From NCBI GenBank assembly GCA_002269645.1, contig NIVC01002144.1, forward strand, positions 62,001 to 126,000: 64,000 bases of DNA, read 5' to 3'. The position numbers were made by a program, and so were the translations under genes. Origin of the DNA: Macrostomum lignano. Taxonomy: Eukaryota. The notes below the pieces were generated by a model, which saw only the letters and a program-made list of their open reading frames with translations, was not told the DNA's origin and made no database searches. This document shows, in pieces, positions 12,801-26,500 of this stretch; the stretch's first letter is position 1; each line of letters opens with the position of its first letter.

Positions 12801-14576
12801 CTAAAAGCGTCATAGAGAATCGCCCCCTAAAAGCGTCATAGAGAATCGCCCCCTAAAAGCATCATAGAGAATCGCCCCCTAATAGCGTCATAGAGAATCG
12901 CCCCCTAAGAGCGTCATAGAGAATTGCCCCCTAAAAGCGTCATAATCGCCCCCTAAGAGCGTCATAGAGAATCACCCCAAAACCGTCATAGAGAATCACC
13001 CCAAAACCGTCATAGAGAATCACCCCAAAACCGTCATAGAGAATCACCCCAAAACCGTCATAGAGAATCACCCCAAAACCGTCATAGAGAATCACCCCAA
13101 AACCGTCATAGAGAATCACCCCAAAACCGTCATAGAGAATCACCCCAAAACCGTCATATCACCCCAAAACCGTCATAGAGAATCACCCCAAAACCGTCAT
13201 AGAGAATCACCCAAAAACCGTCATAGAGAATCACCCCAAAACCGTCATAGAGAATCACCCCAAAACCGTCATAGAGAATCACCCCAAAACCGTCATAGAG
13301 AATCACCCCAAAACCGTCATAGAGAATCACCCCAAAACCGTCATAGAGAATCACCCCAAAACCGTCATAGAGCATCGCTCCAAAGGGTCATTGAGAATAG
13401 TTGCGTCGATATTTCGCACTGCACAAAGACAACGGAATTTCCACGGGTTCTCCATTGCCCACCCCGCCAGCCCGCAGGCCCTGCCGAGAGCGCAGCAGAG
13501 TCAGCCGCAATCGGACTGTACCGGGACGGGCCCTGGCTAAGCGGATCGAGCTGTACAGCGTGAAGAAAATTGAATTCAGTCTGGCTGAGCAGATGCACCA
13601 CATGTGGCTGGAATATGCCAAGGACTGCCTGGGGCAGGTAAAGTTTACCAACTTGCCCTAATCCTCATCAGATCCAAGATCCCACTTCCCATAATCCCCA
13701 GTGGAATAAAGATCACAACTTTTGCATTGCAGTATATTAAAGACCCCAATTCCCAAAATCCCCAAGGTATTAAAGATTCCAACTTTCCCTAATCCCTGTA
13801 CAATAAAGATACCACTTCCCATAATCCCAGTACATTAAAGATACCACTTCCCATAATCCCAGTACATTAAAGATACCACTTCTCATAATCCCAGTACATT
13901 AAAGATACCACTTCCCATAATCCCAATCGGATTAAAATCCCACTTCCCTTAATTCCCATCAGATTAAATATCCCAAGTTCCTAAATCCTCATCAGGTTAA
14001 AGATCCCAACTTCCTCCAATCCTCAGCAGGTTAAAGATCCCAAGTTCCCTTAATCCCCGTCAGATTAAATATACCAAGTTCCCCAATCCTCATCAGGTTG
14101 TAGAATGTAGATCCTAACAAAGTTCAAAATCCCACAATTTCCCACTATGATCCCCACAGCAACTGGATCGACTCAATGCCGCCGATTCTTCATCAACCGT
14201 TAAGCATCAGCAGCAGCTTCTCCAGCAGCTTTCCGAGGCCGCGCTCCGCCTGGACCTCACCGGAGCTCGAATGCTCGTCGCCCACGCCAGCACAGCCTCC
14301 CAAATCGGCCTGTCCGGCATCTGCGTGATGGAGACAAAGCTCAGCTTCCGTCTGGCCGCTCCGCCGCACGGCCGAGTGCTGACTATCCCGAAGGTGGGCA
14401 CCACGCTGCACGTTGAACTCGGCTCGGTTCGGCTGACCCTCTTCGCCTCCCAGCTGACTGTCCGGCCGGCTGAGCGGGCCACGAAACGCTTTCGCAGCGG
14501 CCAGCGACCTCCGCTGGTGCACTTTGACAGCCTGCTGGAGAAGGCGGCCGCTGATGCTGCTGTCTCCGCTGACTGA
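9861..14576 (+). CDS. POP4: Ribonuclease P/MRP subunit p29, 3 exons, about 255 aa
   Basis: Exons 9861-10044, 13471-13637, 14160-14576 (768 nt, phases 1 and 0). Motifs HHMWLEYAKD, DLTGARMLV, IGLSGICVMETK, IPK and RPAERATKRF match the POP4/Rpp29 family. Start codon and exon-2 acceptor were chosen by best fit. Confidence 0.88.
10164..12158. repeat. 23-bp minisatellite, about 85 copies, POP4 intron 1
   Basis: Unit GAGAATCGCCCCTAATCTGCATT. Confidence 0.97.
12554..13375. repeat. 26-bp then 24-bp minisatellites related to the 23-bp array
   Basis: GAGAATCGCCCCCTAAGAGCGTCATA followed by GAGAATCACCCCAAAACCGTCATA. Confidence 0.95.
13675..14100. repeat. Degenerate 32-bp repeat, POP4 intron 2
   Basis: AAAGATACCACTTCCCATAATCCCAGTACATT; period 32 at 13805 and 13837. 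Confidence 0.85.
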
Positions 14577-14611
14577 ATGACAGCTGAATGACGGGCCTAC
14601 ACTTGGGACTG

Positions 14612-15120
14612 GAGAGTCACTCCTTAAGCTTGAGAGTCACTCCTTAAACTTGAAAGTCACTCTGAGAACATGAGAGTCACTCTGAGAACATGAGAGTCAC
14701 TCTGAGAACTTAAGAGTCACTCTAAAAACTTACGAGTCACTCTGAAAATTTGAGAGTCACTCTGAGAACTTGAGAGTCACTCTGAGAATTGAGAGCCACT
14801 CAGCAATTGAGAGTCACTCTCTGAACTATAGAGTCACTCTTAGAACTATTGAGTCACTAAGAGCTGTGGAGTCACTTTCAGAACTTGAGAGTCACTCTAA
14901 GAACTATAGAGTCACTCTAAGAACTATGGAGTCACTCTAAGAACTATGGAGTCACTCTAAGAACTATGGAGTCACTCTAAGAACTATGGAGTCACTCTAA
15001 GAACTATAGAGTCACTCTAAGAACTATAGAGTCACTCTAAGAACTATAGAGTCACTCTAAGAACTATAGAGTCACTCTAAGAACTATGGAGTCACTCTAA
15101 GAACTAGGGAGTCACTCTCA
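14612..15120. repeat. 20-bp minisatellite just after the POP4 stop
   Basis: GAGTCACTCTAAGAACTAT(A/G). Confidence 0.95.
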
Positions 15121-15649
15121 GAGCTGAGAAGTAACGCATTTATTTACCTGTTCGGGCTAATATTAAATGTTAATCAATAACTGTACATTATTCAATAGTC
15201 TGTTTATTAATTTGTCTGTCCCATTACAAGCAATATCAGACACCAGTGAGCACCACTAGTGAGCTCTTATCTTTTAAGGCTTTAAAATCAAAGAAGCGTT
15301 GAGAAAACGTGTCTGTTTTTCTAATTATTTTTCTTTCTTTAAAATCTAATAATTTCTAGCCCGCTAAAAAGCAAGCAAATTTCTCCTGCTAGTTTGAAGA
15401 TTATTTTCTGAGCAGAGTTATTACCTTTGCGCGACAGATAGTGAGCTCCCAGCAGACCTAAAATTGGATTTGGAAACCCCCGCGGGCCTATGGATAATTA
15501 GTATAATTTGGTGATTAGGCATGTCGAGGCCACGAAAAGATAATTAGTTTTGGTAAAGGTGAACAGAATCTGATTAAAATTGATTTTTGCAAAAATGTGA
15601 AAGCAACCTGCCCCAGTTTATTCTTGTGTGATAGTTTATTGTTTATTGA

Positions 15650-16140
15650 TTAGTTTTAGGTCAGTTTTTTGTTTAGTTTTAGTTCAGGTCTGCGTTTAGG
15701 TTTAGGTCAGGTTTGAATTCAGTTAAGTTCAGGTTTTAGTTTAGGTTTAGGTCAGGATTGAGTTGAGTTTTAGGTCAGGTTTGATTTTAGGCTTAGGTTA
15801 GGTTTGAACTTTGGTTTAGGTCAGGAATGAATTCAGTTTTAGGTCAGGTCTGAGTCTAGTTTTCGGTCAGATTTTAGTTTAGGTTTAGATCAGGTTTGGA
15901 TTTAGTTTTAAGGTTCAGGTTTTAGCTTAGGTTTAGGGCAGGCTTAAGTTTAGATCAGGTTTGGATTTAGTTTTAAGGTTCAGGTTTTAGTTTAGGTTTA
16001 TAGGGCAGGCTTAAGTTTAGGTCAGGTTTTAGTTTAGGTCAGGTTTTAGTTTAGGTCAAGTTTGAGTTCAGTTTTAGGTCAGATTTGAGTTCAGTTTAAG
16101 CTCATGCTTAGTCTCTCGCCCAGTTTTAGTTTTTTTCAGT
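15650..16140. repeat. Degenerate TTTAGGTCAGG-type low-complexity repeat
   Basis: Recurrent TTTAGG, TTTAGT and TCAGG words with no exact period. Confidence 0.8.
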
Positions 16141-16804
16141 TTGTGTTGAGTATTGAGCATTTCCCCGTCATACTACAACAAAAGTTGTGTTATGCCACAT
16201 TTCCCAGCCCAGAACTCATAAACTCGCCAGAAAGACAAGTTGACCAAAATTAGAAGGTCAGTGACTCCTTGGTCAAGTCGATGGGATGCTTCTAATTAGA
16301 TTTTTCGCATAGATTATTAGTTATAAGCCAAGTTAGTTAAGTCTATACTCATGTAGTAATGGAATATTTATTATAGCTGCAATCTCGTTGCTCGAAGTAG
16401 CTTTTTGCAAGTAAGGCACTCGAGAGCCCAAGATCCAGTGTCCGTCCGCACACTGTACAACCCAGTTTTCCCTGTCCGGTTTGTCCGGAACTTTCAGCCC
16501 ATCCATCCCCCATAGGGCCGGGGATGCGATGTCCAATAGGGTTGGCCTGTTCTCGTTAGGAGGCTTATTTAAGATTGCCGGAGCCTTGCCGAGACAGCTA
16601 ATCTCTAGCTCATCTCTGTAGAGTCTCTGATCAATTGAAAATCAGTTTAGAAACTTTCTTTACGAATCCATACAGATAGCGTTTCTCGCAGATTTGTGAA
16701 GTGAGTCCATTTTTACTTGTGTACGACGTACTTTAGTTTGGCAAGTCCGGGAATTGTAGCTTTGGCTCCTTGTTATTACTTTAGTCCTACTAAATATGCC
16801 TCAG

Positions 16805-17285
16805 CTATCTACCTACCTGCCTGCCTACCTACCTGGCTAGCTACTTACTTGCATGAATACCTACCTACTTGCCTGCCTACTTGGCCTACCTACCTACCAA
16901 CCTACCTACCAACCTACCAACCGATCTACCTGCCTACCTACCCATCTGCTTACCTAATGACACACCTACCTACCTACCTACCATCCTACCAACCGATCTA
17001 CCTGCCTACCTACCCATCTGCTTACCTAATGACATACCTACCTACCTAACCTAACTACCTGCCTAACTATACATATTTACCTATACCGACCTACTACCTA
17101 CCTACCAACCTATCAAATGATCTACCTACCCATCTACTTACCTAACAACTTACCTACTTATCTACTAACCTATCTACCTACGTACCTACCTACTCAACCA
17201 CCTACCTATTTACCTACCTACATACTTATCTGCCTAACTACTTGGCTACTTATTTACCTATCCGCTTGACTTACCTATCTAACTA
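16805..17285. repeat. Degenerate (CTAC)n microsatellite
   Basis: CTAC, CTAT and CTGC tetramers. Confidence 0.9.
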
Positions 17286-17467
17286 TCGATTAAAGATAAG
17301 CTACCTCAATGCTTTACTACAAAACTATATTTATTGATATCAAAGTATTTCATAATTATCAGTTTATAAACTTTTTTGCAGCCGCTAATTGGCCTAGCAA
17401 CCGCTAGCAGCGTTGCTACAGCCTCGCCTGCCGCTGTAAGCGGGCAAGCCATTAATTATTAGTTGCC

Positions 17468-20236
17468 ATGGCAACAAATTGCGGCTCGATCGGCCGAGTT
17501 GGCAGTTTAACCAACGGTGTCGGCGGCAACGAACCCGACGGCGACCTGGTGTCGGTCTCCTCCAGCCAGGAAGAGGTGTGGATTGAAACAAACATTCGCA
17601 AACGAGAATGCGTCAGGTTCGCGCCCGCGTCCTTGACAACCGGTGCGCAGCAGCAGCAGCAGCAGCTGTGCCAGTGCGGTCGGGCATTTGCACAGCACCA
17701 CAGCCTCGACCCCGGCTTAGCTGTCGGCTCCATGGCAGCCGCAGGCGGCGGAGCGGCCGGTGCAGCCTGGCGACCGGAGACTCACACTGTTAGCTCACCT
17801 ACGGATGCGTACGGTGTGATCGAGTTCGCCAGCGGCCCGCACCCCACTATGGCCAGGTGAGCCTGACAGCGGGGCCCGCTGGGAGATCTTTGAGAGTCTT
17901 TTTATGACACTTCGACTGTTATGACAGTCTTAGTGAGAGTCTCTAAAGACACTTGTGTAAGTCTCTAAAGACACTTGTGCAAGTCTCTAGAGATACTCAG
18001 TTTGCGGTCTCTAAAGACACTTGTGTGAATCTCAAATACACTTGTGTGAGTCTCTAAAGACACTTTTGAGAGTCTCTAAGGACACTCAATTTGCGGCCTC
18101 TAGACACTTGTGAGAGTCTCTTAAGAAACTTGTGTAAGGCTCTAAAGACACTTGTAAGAATCTCTAAAGACACTTGCGTCTTTAAGACAAAAGACTATAT
18201 ATCTGCATTCCCCTGTCTCACTACCGCCACAGGTACATCCGTGTGGCTGAGGACACGGACCCGGCCCTGCTGCTACACGTGCTCACAAATGTTTGGCGCC
18301 TGCCGCTGCCAAAGCTGGTGCTCAGCGTTCACGGCGGCATGCAAAATTTTGAGCTGCAGCCCAGGCTGAGGCAGCTGGCTTTGAGCGGCCTGCTCAAAGC
18401 TGCTAAGACCACCGACGCCTGGCTTATCAGCACCGGCCTCGACAACGGCGTCTCCAGGCTGGTGGGCGAGGCCATCGGGGAGGAGGCGCGGGCCAGGGAG
18501 AATCGGGTGAGTGCTCTTTTGTGGGTCAAGGTCGGGTCATAGATGGGTCAGGGTTGAGTCATGGATGGGTTAATTTCGGGTCGTTGATGTGTCGTAGTTT
18601 GGGTCAGTGGAAGGTCGTTTACAGCAGAGATGGGTCATGATAGGGTCTGAGATGGTTCAAGATAGGGTCAGAGATGGGTCCTGATCGAGTCCAGGAGATA
18701 GGTCAATATAGGGTCAGAGATGAGTCAAGAAAGGGTCAGATATGGGTCAATATAGGGTCAGAGATGGGTTAAGATAGGGTCCAGGAGATGGGTCAATATA
18801 GGGTCTGAGATGGTTCAAGATAGGGTCACAGATGGGTCATGATAGGGTCTGAGATGGTTCAAGATAGGGTCACAGATGGGTCATGATAGGGTCTGAGATG
18901 GTTCAAGATAGGGTCAGAGATGGGTCCTGATAGGGTCCAGGAGATGAGTCAATATAGGGTCAGAGATGAGTTATGATAGGGTCCAGGAGATGGGTCAATA
19001 TAGGGTCAGAGATGGGTCAAGAAAGGGTCAGAGATAAGTCAAGAAAGGGTCAGAGATGAGTTATGATAGGGTCCAGGAGATGGGTCAATATAGGGTCAGA
19101 GATGGGTCAGTATCAACTGAGAAGCCAGTCAAGATTGTGCCAAGGATAGATCGAAGATGGTTCATAAATAGGTCATGATTATTATCTTGTAGATGAGTCC
19201 ATATCAGAATTTGATTTGAGTTTGGGTCAGAAATGGGTCAGCCAAAGGTCGAACGAAAATGCAACTCCATTACTCCAGGTCTGCGCCATCGGCATCGCCC
19301 CCTGGGGAGTGATCCGGGACCGCGACCAGCTGCTCGGCCGGAGCCGCACCTGCAAGTACTTCGCCATCAGTTCGGCAGGCAAATCTCTGTCCGTGCTGAA
19401 CAGGTACCACAGCTACTTCCTACTGGTTGACGACGGCAGGTGCGGCTCGTACGGCACCGAGTCACAGCTGCGGCGCAATCTGGAGCGCTACCTGTGCAGC
19501 CTGCGCCTGTGCAAGTCGCACTTTGGAGTCGGCCTGGACCGGGTGCCAGTGGTTGCCACCCTGCTGGAGGGCGGCGCCAGCGCTTTCCGACTGCTGTTGG
19601 ACCTGACTCTGGGCAGCCCGCCAGTGCCCGTCGTGGTCTGCGATGGCAGCGGCCGGGCTGCCGACATTCTGGCGTTTGTGCACAAGTACAGCGACCAGGT
19701 GAGATCGGCGGTGCTTTAACTGCTCACTCTGTAGCACACAACCAGTGCTGAGAGGCAATTCTGGCCATTCCACTGACTCCTCAGCACATGCAGGCGTGCC
19801 AATAATGTACACAGGCACGCACTCACACAGGGTACTTTCTAATCGTCAGATATGTACACTTGACATGTACGCTTTGCGGGGTTGGCCATCATTGATGTGA
19901 ATCGCATATGACAGCTAATCTTCGTGCACACAAGCAGCAAATGACTGTGGCGCACGGAATCGAACCTGGGTCTGTGTGTGTCTGTCTACCTACACTTTAG
20001 GAGGTAGGTAGCTATGCGTTTCTTTGTTTGTGTGCGTCTGTGTCTGTGTGTGTGCGTCTCTCTTTGTGTGTCTCACTCTCCCTCTCTCTCTCCCTCTCTC
20101 TCTCTCCCTCTCTCTCCCTCTCCCCCTCTCTCTCCCTCCCTCTCTCTCTTTCTCTCTTCTCTCTCTCTCTACCTCTCTCTCTCTCTCTCTCTTCTCCCTC
20201 TCCTCTCTCTCTCTCCCTCTCTCCCTCTCTCCCTCT

Positions 20237-20313
<77 letters not shown>

Positions 20314-20360
20314 CTCCCTCTCTCTCTCTTCTCCCTCTCTCTCTCCCTCTCTCTTCTCCC

Positions 20361-20442
<82 letters not shown>

Positions 20443-20457
20443 TCCCCCCTCTCTTCT

Positions 20458-20541
<84 letters not shown>

Positions 20542-23500
20542 GTCAGCTATGCGCTTGCCGCTGAGCTGCTCTGGCCAAGCTGCGAGTCTGGCAGCGAAAT
20601 CGACTCAACTAGTGGATTTTTGAGTTTTGATTATTAAGTGAGGGATTAGTGCAGGCTATCCAATGCCTACCGGACTGCATATACAGCTATGATTATTATT
20701 ATTCTATACACTGTTGAGCAAGCTTCTAATAGTTTATTCTCATTTGGGACTTTGCTAAGAAACTGATTGGCTTGACTGTAGGAGACTCCCTTCCTGTTGG
20801 TCAGCTAAAAATGAAGTGTGTCTCAGTGTCGTGGACCTCTTCGATGGGGCTGCCAATCAAGAAGCTATATTGATTTTTTCTTGCCTAAGCTTCTGCTGGA
20901 GAGGGTGCGGCAGCCTTTCAAGTCTTCCGGAGAGCTCTGAATTTGAGCTGAGCACACTTGAGAGCTTTCTGCCTGTTTCGTTGCTCTTGGATCAACTATA
21001 TTTTTTTCGGCAGAAAGGAAGCCTTTTCAAGAGCAGGTGTTTTCTCTGGCCTGAATTTCTCATGAGTGTATTGATGGGACTTGTGCTTAAAACCTCATTT
21101 GAGAAATCGATAGTGATGGGAATAAGGAATCTGAATTCTGTTTTTATAGTTTGCTTTTGTTCTGTCTGTGCTGTGTCTGTGCATCTCAGTGCTGTGTCTG
21201 TGCATCTCAGTGCTGTGTCTGTGCATCTCTGTGCTGTGTCTGTGCATCTCAGTGCTGTGTCTGTGCATCTCAGTGCTGTGTCTGTGCTGTGTCTGTGCAT
21301 CTCAGTGCTGTGTCTGTGCATCTCAGTGCTGTGTCTGTGCATCTAAGTGCTGTGTCTGTGCTGTGTCTGTGCATCTCAGTGCTGTGTCTGTGCATCTCAG
21401 TGCTGTGTCTGTGCATCTCAGTGCTGTGTCTGTGCTGTGTCTGTGCATCTCTGTCCTGTGTCTGTGTATCTCAGTGATGTGTCTGCTGTGTCTGTGTCTG
21501 TGCTGTGTCTGTGCATCTCAGTGCTGTGTCTGTGCATCTCAGTGCTGTGTCTGTGCATCTAAGTGCTGTGTCTGTGCTGTGTCTGTGCATCTCAGTGCTG
21601 TGTCTGTGCATCTCAGTGCTGTGTCTGTGCATCTCAGTGCTGTGTCTGTGCTGTGTCTGTGCATCTCTGTGCTGTGTCTGTGCATCTCTGTGCTGTGTCT
21701 GTGCATCTCTGTGCTGTGTCTGTGCATCTCTGTGCTGTGTCTGTGCATCTCTGTGCTGTGTCTGTGCACCTCTGTGCTGTGTCTGTGCATCTCAGTGCTG
21801 TGTCTGTGCATCTCTGTGCTGTGTCTGTGCTGTGTCTGTGCATCTCTGTCCTGTGTCTGTGTATCTCAGTGCTGTGTCTGCTGTGTCTGTGTCTGTGCTG
21901 TGTCTGTGCATCTCTGTCCTGTGTCTGTGTATCTCAGTGCTGTGTCTGCGCATCTCTGTGCTGTGTCTGTGCTGTGTCTGTGCATCTCTGTCCTGTGTCT
22001 GTGTATCTCAGTGCTGTGTCTGCTGTGTCTGTGTCTGTGCTGTGTCTGTGCATCTCTGACCTGTGTCCTGTCCTGTATAAAACTGTCCGTATGTCTGAAC
22101 ATCCCTCTAGATGCATTTAAATCTGTAAATCTTACATTGTGTCAAGTTTCAGTTCGATACATATCGGTAAATAGTCCAGCAGTTAACTAATAGACTATCA
22201 CTCCCTAAAAAATAAATGCAGGTGCTAAGCCAGCCCGATCTCAGCAACCAGCTGGTAGATCTCATAGAGAGCAAGTTCCATCTCAGCCGGGCAAAGTCTG
22301 TCGCAGTGATCCAGGAGCTCCGCATGTGCTTCCTTGGCCCCGGCCGGTTGCTTATCTTCGTGTTCCGGCCGGGCGAAGGCGTCTTCAAAGATCTAGATGA
22401 CGCGATTCTCACCTCTCTGTTGACTTCGCAGCGTCTTTCGCGTGCCAGCCAGCTGAAGCTGACCATGGCCTGGGACCGGATGGACCTGGCCCGTTCGCAC
22501 CTGTTCCAGTACGGCCAGGATTGGAAACCTGCGGATCTGGACAGGGCCATGATGGAGGCGCTGATGAATGATCGAATCGATTTTATTCGCCTGTTCCTCG
22601 AATGGGGCGTCAATGTGCAGCGGTTTCTAACTCGGATCAGGCTCGAAGAGCTGTATTCGTTCTGTTTGTACAGCGACGAGTCTAAGAGTGAGCGTCACTA
22701 TATGGGCATGACCTTGATTTGAAGCTTTTATCAAGTAATGTCCTCGATTGTCCTTTGTGAGGCCATGACCCTAATTTGGTGTCATTATGAGGTCATGACC
22801 CTAATTTGGTGTTATTATGAGGCTATGACCCTAATTTGGTGTTATTATGAGGCTATGACCCTAATTTGGTGTCATTATGAGGTCATGATCCTAATTTGGT
22901 GTCATTATGAGGTCATGATCCTAATTTGGTATTATTATGAGGTCATGATCCTAATTTGGTGTTATTATGAGGTCATGATCCTAATTTGGTGTTATTATGA
23001 AGCCATGACCCTAATTTGGTGTTATTATAAGACCATGATCCTAATTTGGTGTTATTATGAGGCCATAACCCTAATTTGGTGTCATTATGAGACCATGACC
23101 CTAATTCGGTGTTATTATGAGACCATGACCCTAATTTGGTGTTATTATGAGGCCATGACCCTAATTTGGTGTTATTATGAGGCCATAACCCTAATTTGGT
23201 GTCATTATGAGACCATGACCCTAATTCGGTGTCATTATGAGGTCATGATCCTAATTTGGTGTCATTATGAGGTCATGATCCTAATTTGGTGTCATTATGA
23301 GGTCATGATCCTAATTTGGTGTCATTATGAGGTCATGATCCTAATTTGGTGTCATTATGAGGTCATGATCCTAATTTGGTATTATTATGAGGTCATGATC
23401 CTAATTTGGTGTTATTATAAGGTCATGATCCTAATTTGGTGTTATTATGAAGCCATGACCCTAATTTGGTGTTATTATGAGGCCATAACCCTAATTTGGT

Positions 23501-26500
23501 GTCATTATGAGACCATGACCCTAATTCGGTGTTATTATGAGACCATGACCCTAATTTGGTGTTATTATGAGGCCATGACCCTAATTCGGTGTCATTATGG
23601 GACCATGACCCTAATTCGGTGTTATTATGAGACCATGACCCTAATTTGGTGTTATTATGAGACCATAACCCTAATTTGGTGTCATTATGAGACCATGACC
23701 CTAATTCGGTGTTATTATGAGACCATGACCCTAATTTGGTGTTATTATGAGGCCATGACCCAACGTCGTGCTTTTCTTTGAGTCGTAACCCGAATGTGCT
23801 GTTTTTTCTTGGGAAACACAGACCCGATTCACCCCGAAAGGTCATGACGACCCGATTGAACTCCCTGGAAGTCGCAAATTCATAAATTATAACCAGTTAA
23901 TGCAGATAAAGCAGTGTGAATTAAATAAACACAATAATTGCCCAGGCGGTCACGACAAGCACCTTCGCCGATTGCTCAAGCGCACCCTGCCCAAGTACTC
24001 CGGCAGGCACAAGCACCGACTCTCGCTGTACATTGTTGGCCGCCTGATCCAAGAGCTCATTCGCGGCGGCTACACGCACGAGTACACTCGGCGATACGCC
24101 AATTCTAAGGCCCCATTGGCGCCCTGGTCCGCCTCCGAGAGCAAGGGTAAAGCGCTCTAACTTCTAAATCATATCCATATCCATATCCTAATCTAGAGTG
24201 ACCTATGTCCAATCTAGAGTGACCTATATTCCAATCTAGAGTGACCTGCATCCCTAATTCAGAGTAACCTGTATCCCTAATTCAGAGTGACCTGTATTCC
24301 TGTATCCTGTATCCCAATCTAGAGTGACCTGTATCCATAATTCAGAGTTATCTGTATTCCTAATCCTAATCCAGAGTAACCTGTATCCCTAATCCAGAGT
24401 GACCTGTATCCCAAATCCAGAGTGACCTGTATCCCTAATCTAGAGTGACCTATGTCCAATCTAGAGTGACCTGTATCCCTAATCCAGAGTGACCTGTATC
24501 CATAATTCAGAGTTATCTGTATTCCTAATCCTAATCCAGAGTAACCTGTATCCCTAATCCAGAGTGACCTGTATCCCAAATCCAGAGTGACCTGTATCCC
24601 TAATCTAGAGTGACCTATGTCCAATCTAGAGTGACCTGTATCCCTAATCCAGAGTGACCTGTATCCATAATTCAGAGTTATCTGTATTCCTAATCCTAAT
24701 CCAGAGTAACCTGTATCCCTAATCCAGAGTGACCTGTATCCCAAATCCAGAGTGACCTGTATCCCTAATCCAGAGTGACCTGTATCCCAAATCCAGAGTG
24801 ACCTGTATCCCTAATCTAGAGTGACCTATGTCCAATCTAGAGTGACCTGTATCCCTAATCCAGAGTGACCTGTATCCCTAATCCAGAGTGACCTGTATCC
24901 TTAATTCAGAGTAACCTGTATCCCTAATTCAGAGTGACCTGTATCCCTAATTCAGAGTGACCTCTATCCCAATCTAGAGTGACCTATGTCCAATCTAGAG
25001 TGACCTATATTCCAATCCGGAGTGACCTATGTCCAATCTAGAGTGACCTATATTCCAATCCGGAGTGACCTATATCTCCGCCAGTCTCCTCACTTTCATA
25101 AAACTAAGCTGCTCCAGATGTCGCCCTGGGAACAGCAGCCGCCGCCACCCCATCAGCTGCCGCCCCATCAACCGCAGCGGCTACGCCAGCAAACGCCAAT
25201 GTTTTCTTTAGCGGCCTCCGCAACGTCCGATCTCGACTTGGCATCAACCCGGAAGAAGAGCCGCCTTCGCAGCTGAAGCAGAGCGACTTCCGCTTTCCTT
25301 ACTCGGACCTCATGACCTGGGCGGTGCTGTGCCGCCGTTACACCCTCGCCTGGTTTTTCCTTCAATGCGGCGAAGACTCCACAGCCAAGGCGCTGTACGC
25401 TGCCGCGCTTCTGCGCGCTATCGCCGCCCGAGTCGACGAGGACGTCCAATCTGAGTATCACCTGGAGCTGGCCGACTGGGCTGACAAATACGAGACCGAA
25501 GCCCTGGCCATGCTGGACCACTGCCACAGGTTCGATCCCAGGCGAGCCAGGCGCCTCGTCACCTACCGGCTGGCGGAGTTCGGCGGGCACACCTGCATGA
25601 GTCTGGCCTACACGTCTAGAAGTATGCGCTTTCTCAGCCACGCCTGCCCGCAGGTTATCCTCAATGACCTTTGGTGAGCTGCCTGTCTGTCTACCTGCCA
25701 ATTTACCTGCCTATCCACCTGCCTATTTACTTTCCTATCTACCTACCTGCTTGTCTACCTGCCTATCTACCTGCCTATCTACCTGCCTATCTACCTGCCT
25801 ATCTACCTGCCTATCTACCTGTCTATCCACCTGCCTATCTACTTGCCTATCTACCTACCTGCTTGTCTACCTGCCTATCTACCTGCCTATCTACCTGCCT
25901 ATCTACCTGCCTATCTACCTGCCTATCTACCTGTCTATCCACCTGCCTATCTACTTGCCTATCTACCTACCTGCTTGTCTACCTGCCTATCTACCTGCCT
26001 ATCTACCTGTCTATCCACCTGCCTATCTACTTGCCTATTTACCTACCTGCTTGTCTACCTGCCTATCTACCTGTCTATCTACCTGTCTATTTACCTGCCT
26101 ATCTACCTGCCTATCTACCTGCCTATCTACCTGTCTATTTACCTGCCTATCTACCTGCCTATCTACCTGCCTTTCTACCTGTCTATCTACCTTTGCTTTC
26201 CTATTTGCCTGTCTATCTAAGGTGTCTGTCTATCTACCTGCCTTTCTATCGACCTATCTACCTGACTACCACATATACGCCAGCCTGAATCCCCAACCCT
26301 CAGGTACGGCGGCATTCGCGAGTCCGGCCAGCTGACGGGCCTCCGCGTGGTCCTCCTGTGCGGCATTCTGGCGGCCTGCCCGCCGGCCTTCTTCCTGCTG
26401 CTCCGCGCCAAATTCCTGTCGTTCAAAAGCCTCGCAGAACTGCGCGACCAGCCGCAGACTCGGGAAGAGTTCGACGAATTCGCCCAGCAGGAAGGGTCTG

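Noticed and set aside
13401-13470. POP4 exon 2 starting at 13401 or 13429
   Set aside because: 13401 has the wrong phase and 13429 uses a weak AAG; the pyrimidine-rich CAG at 13470 fits phase and alignment better.
15650-16140. Interstitial telomeric repeat
   Set aside because: TTAGG-like words are scattered and degenerate, with no (TTAGGG)n or (TTAGG)n run.
16333-16600. GC-richer patch with a 67-aa ORF as a gene or retroelement fragment
   Set aside because: No recognisable motif or splice context; a BLASTX/Dfam search would be needed.
20640-21160. Coding-looking antisense segment in TRPM intron 3
   Set aside because: Interrupted by stops with no recognisable domain; possibly a decayed element, but unsupported.
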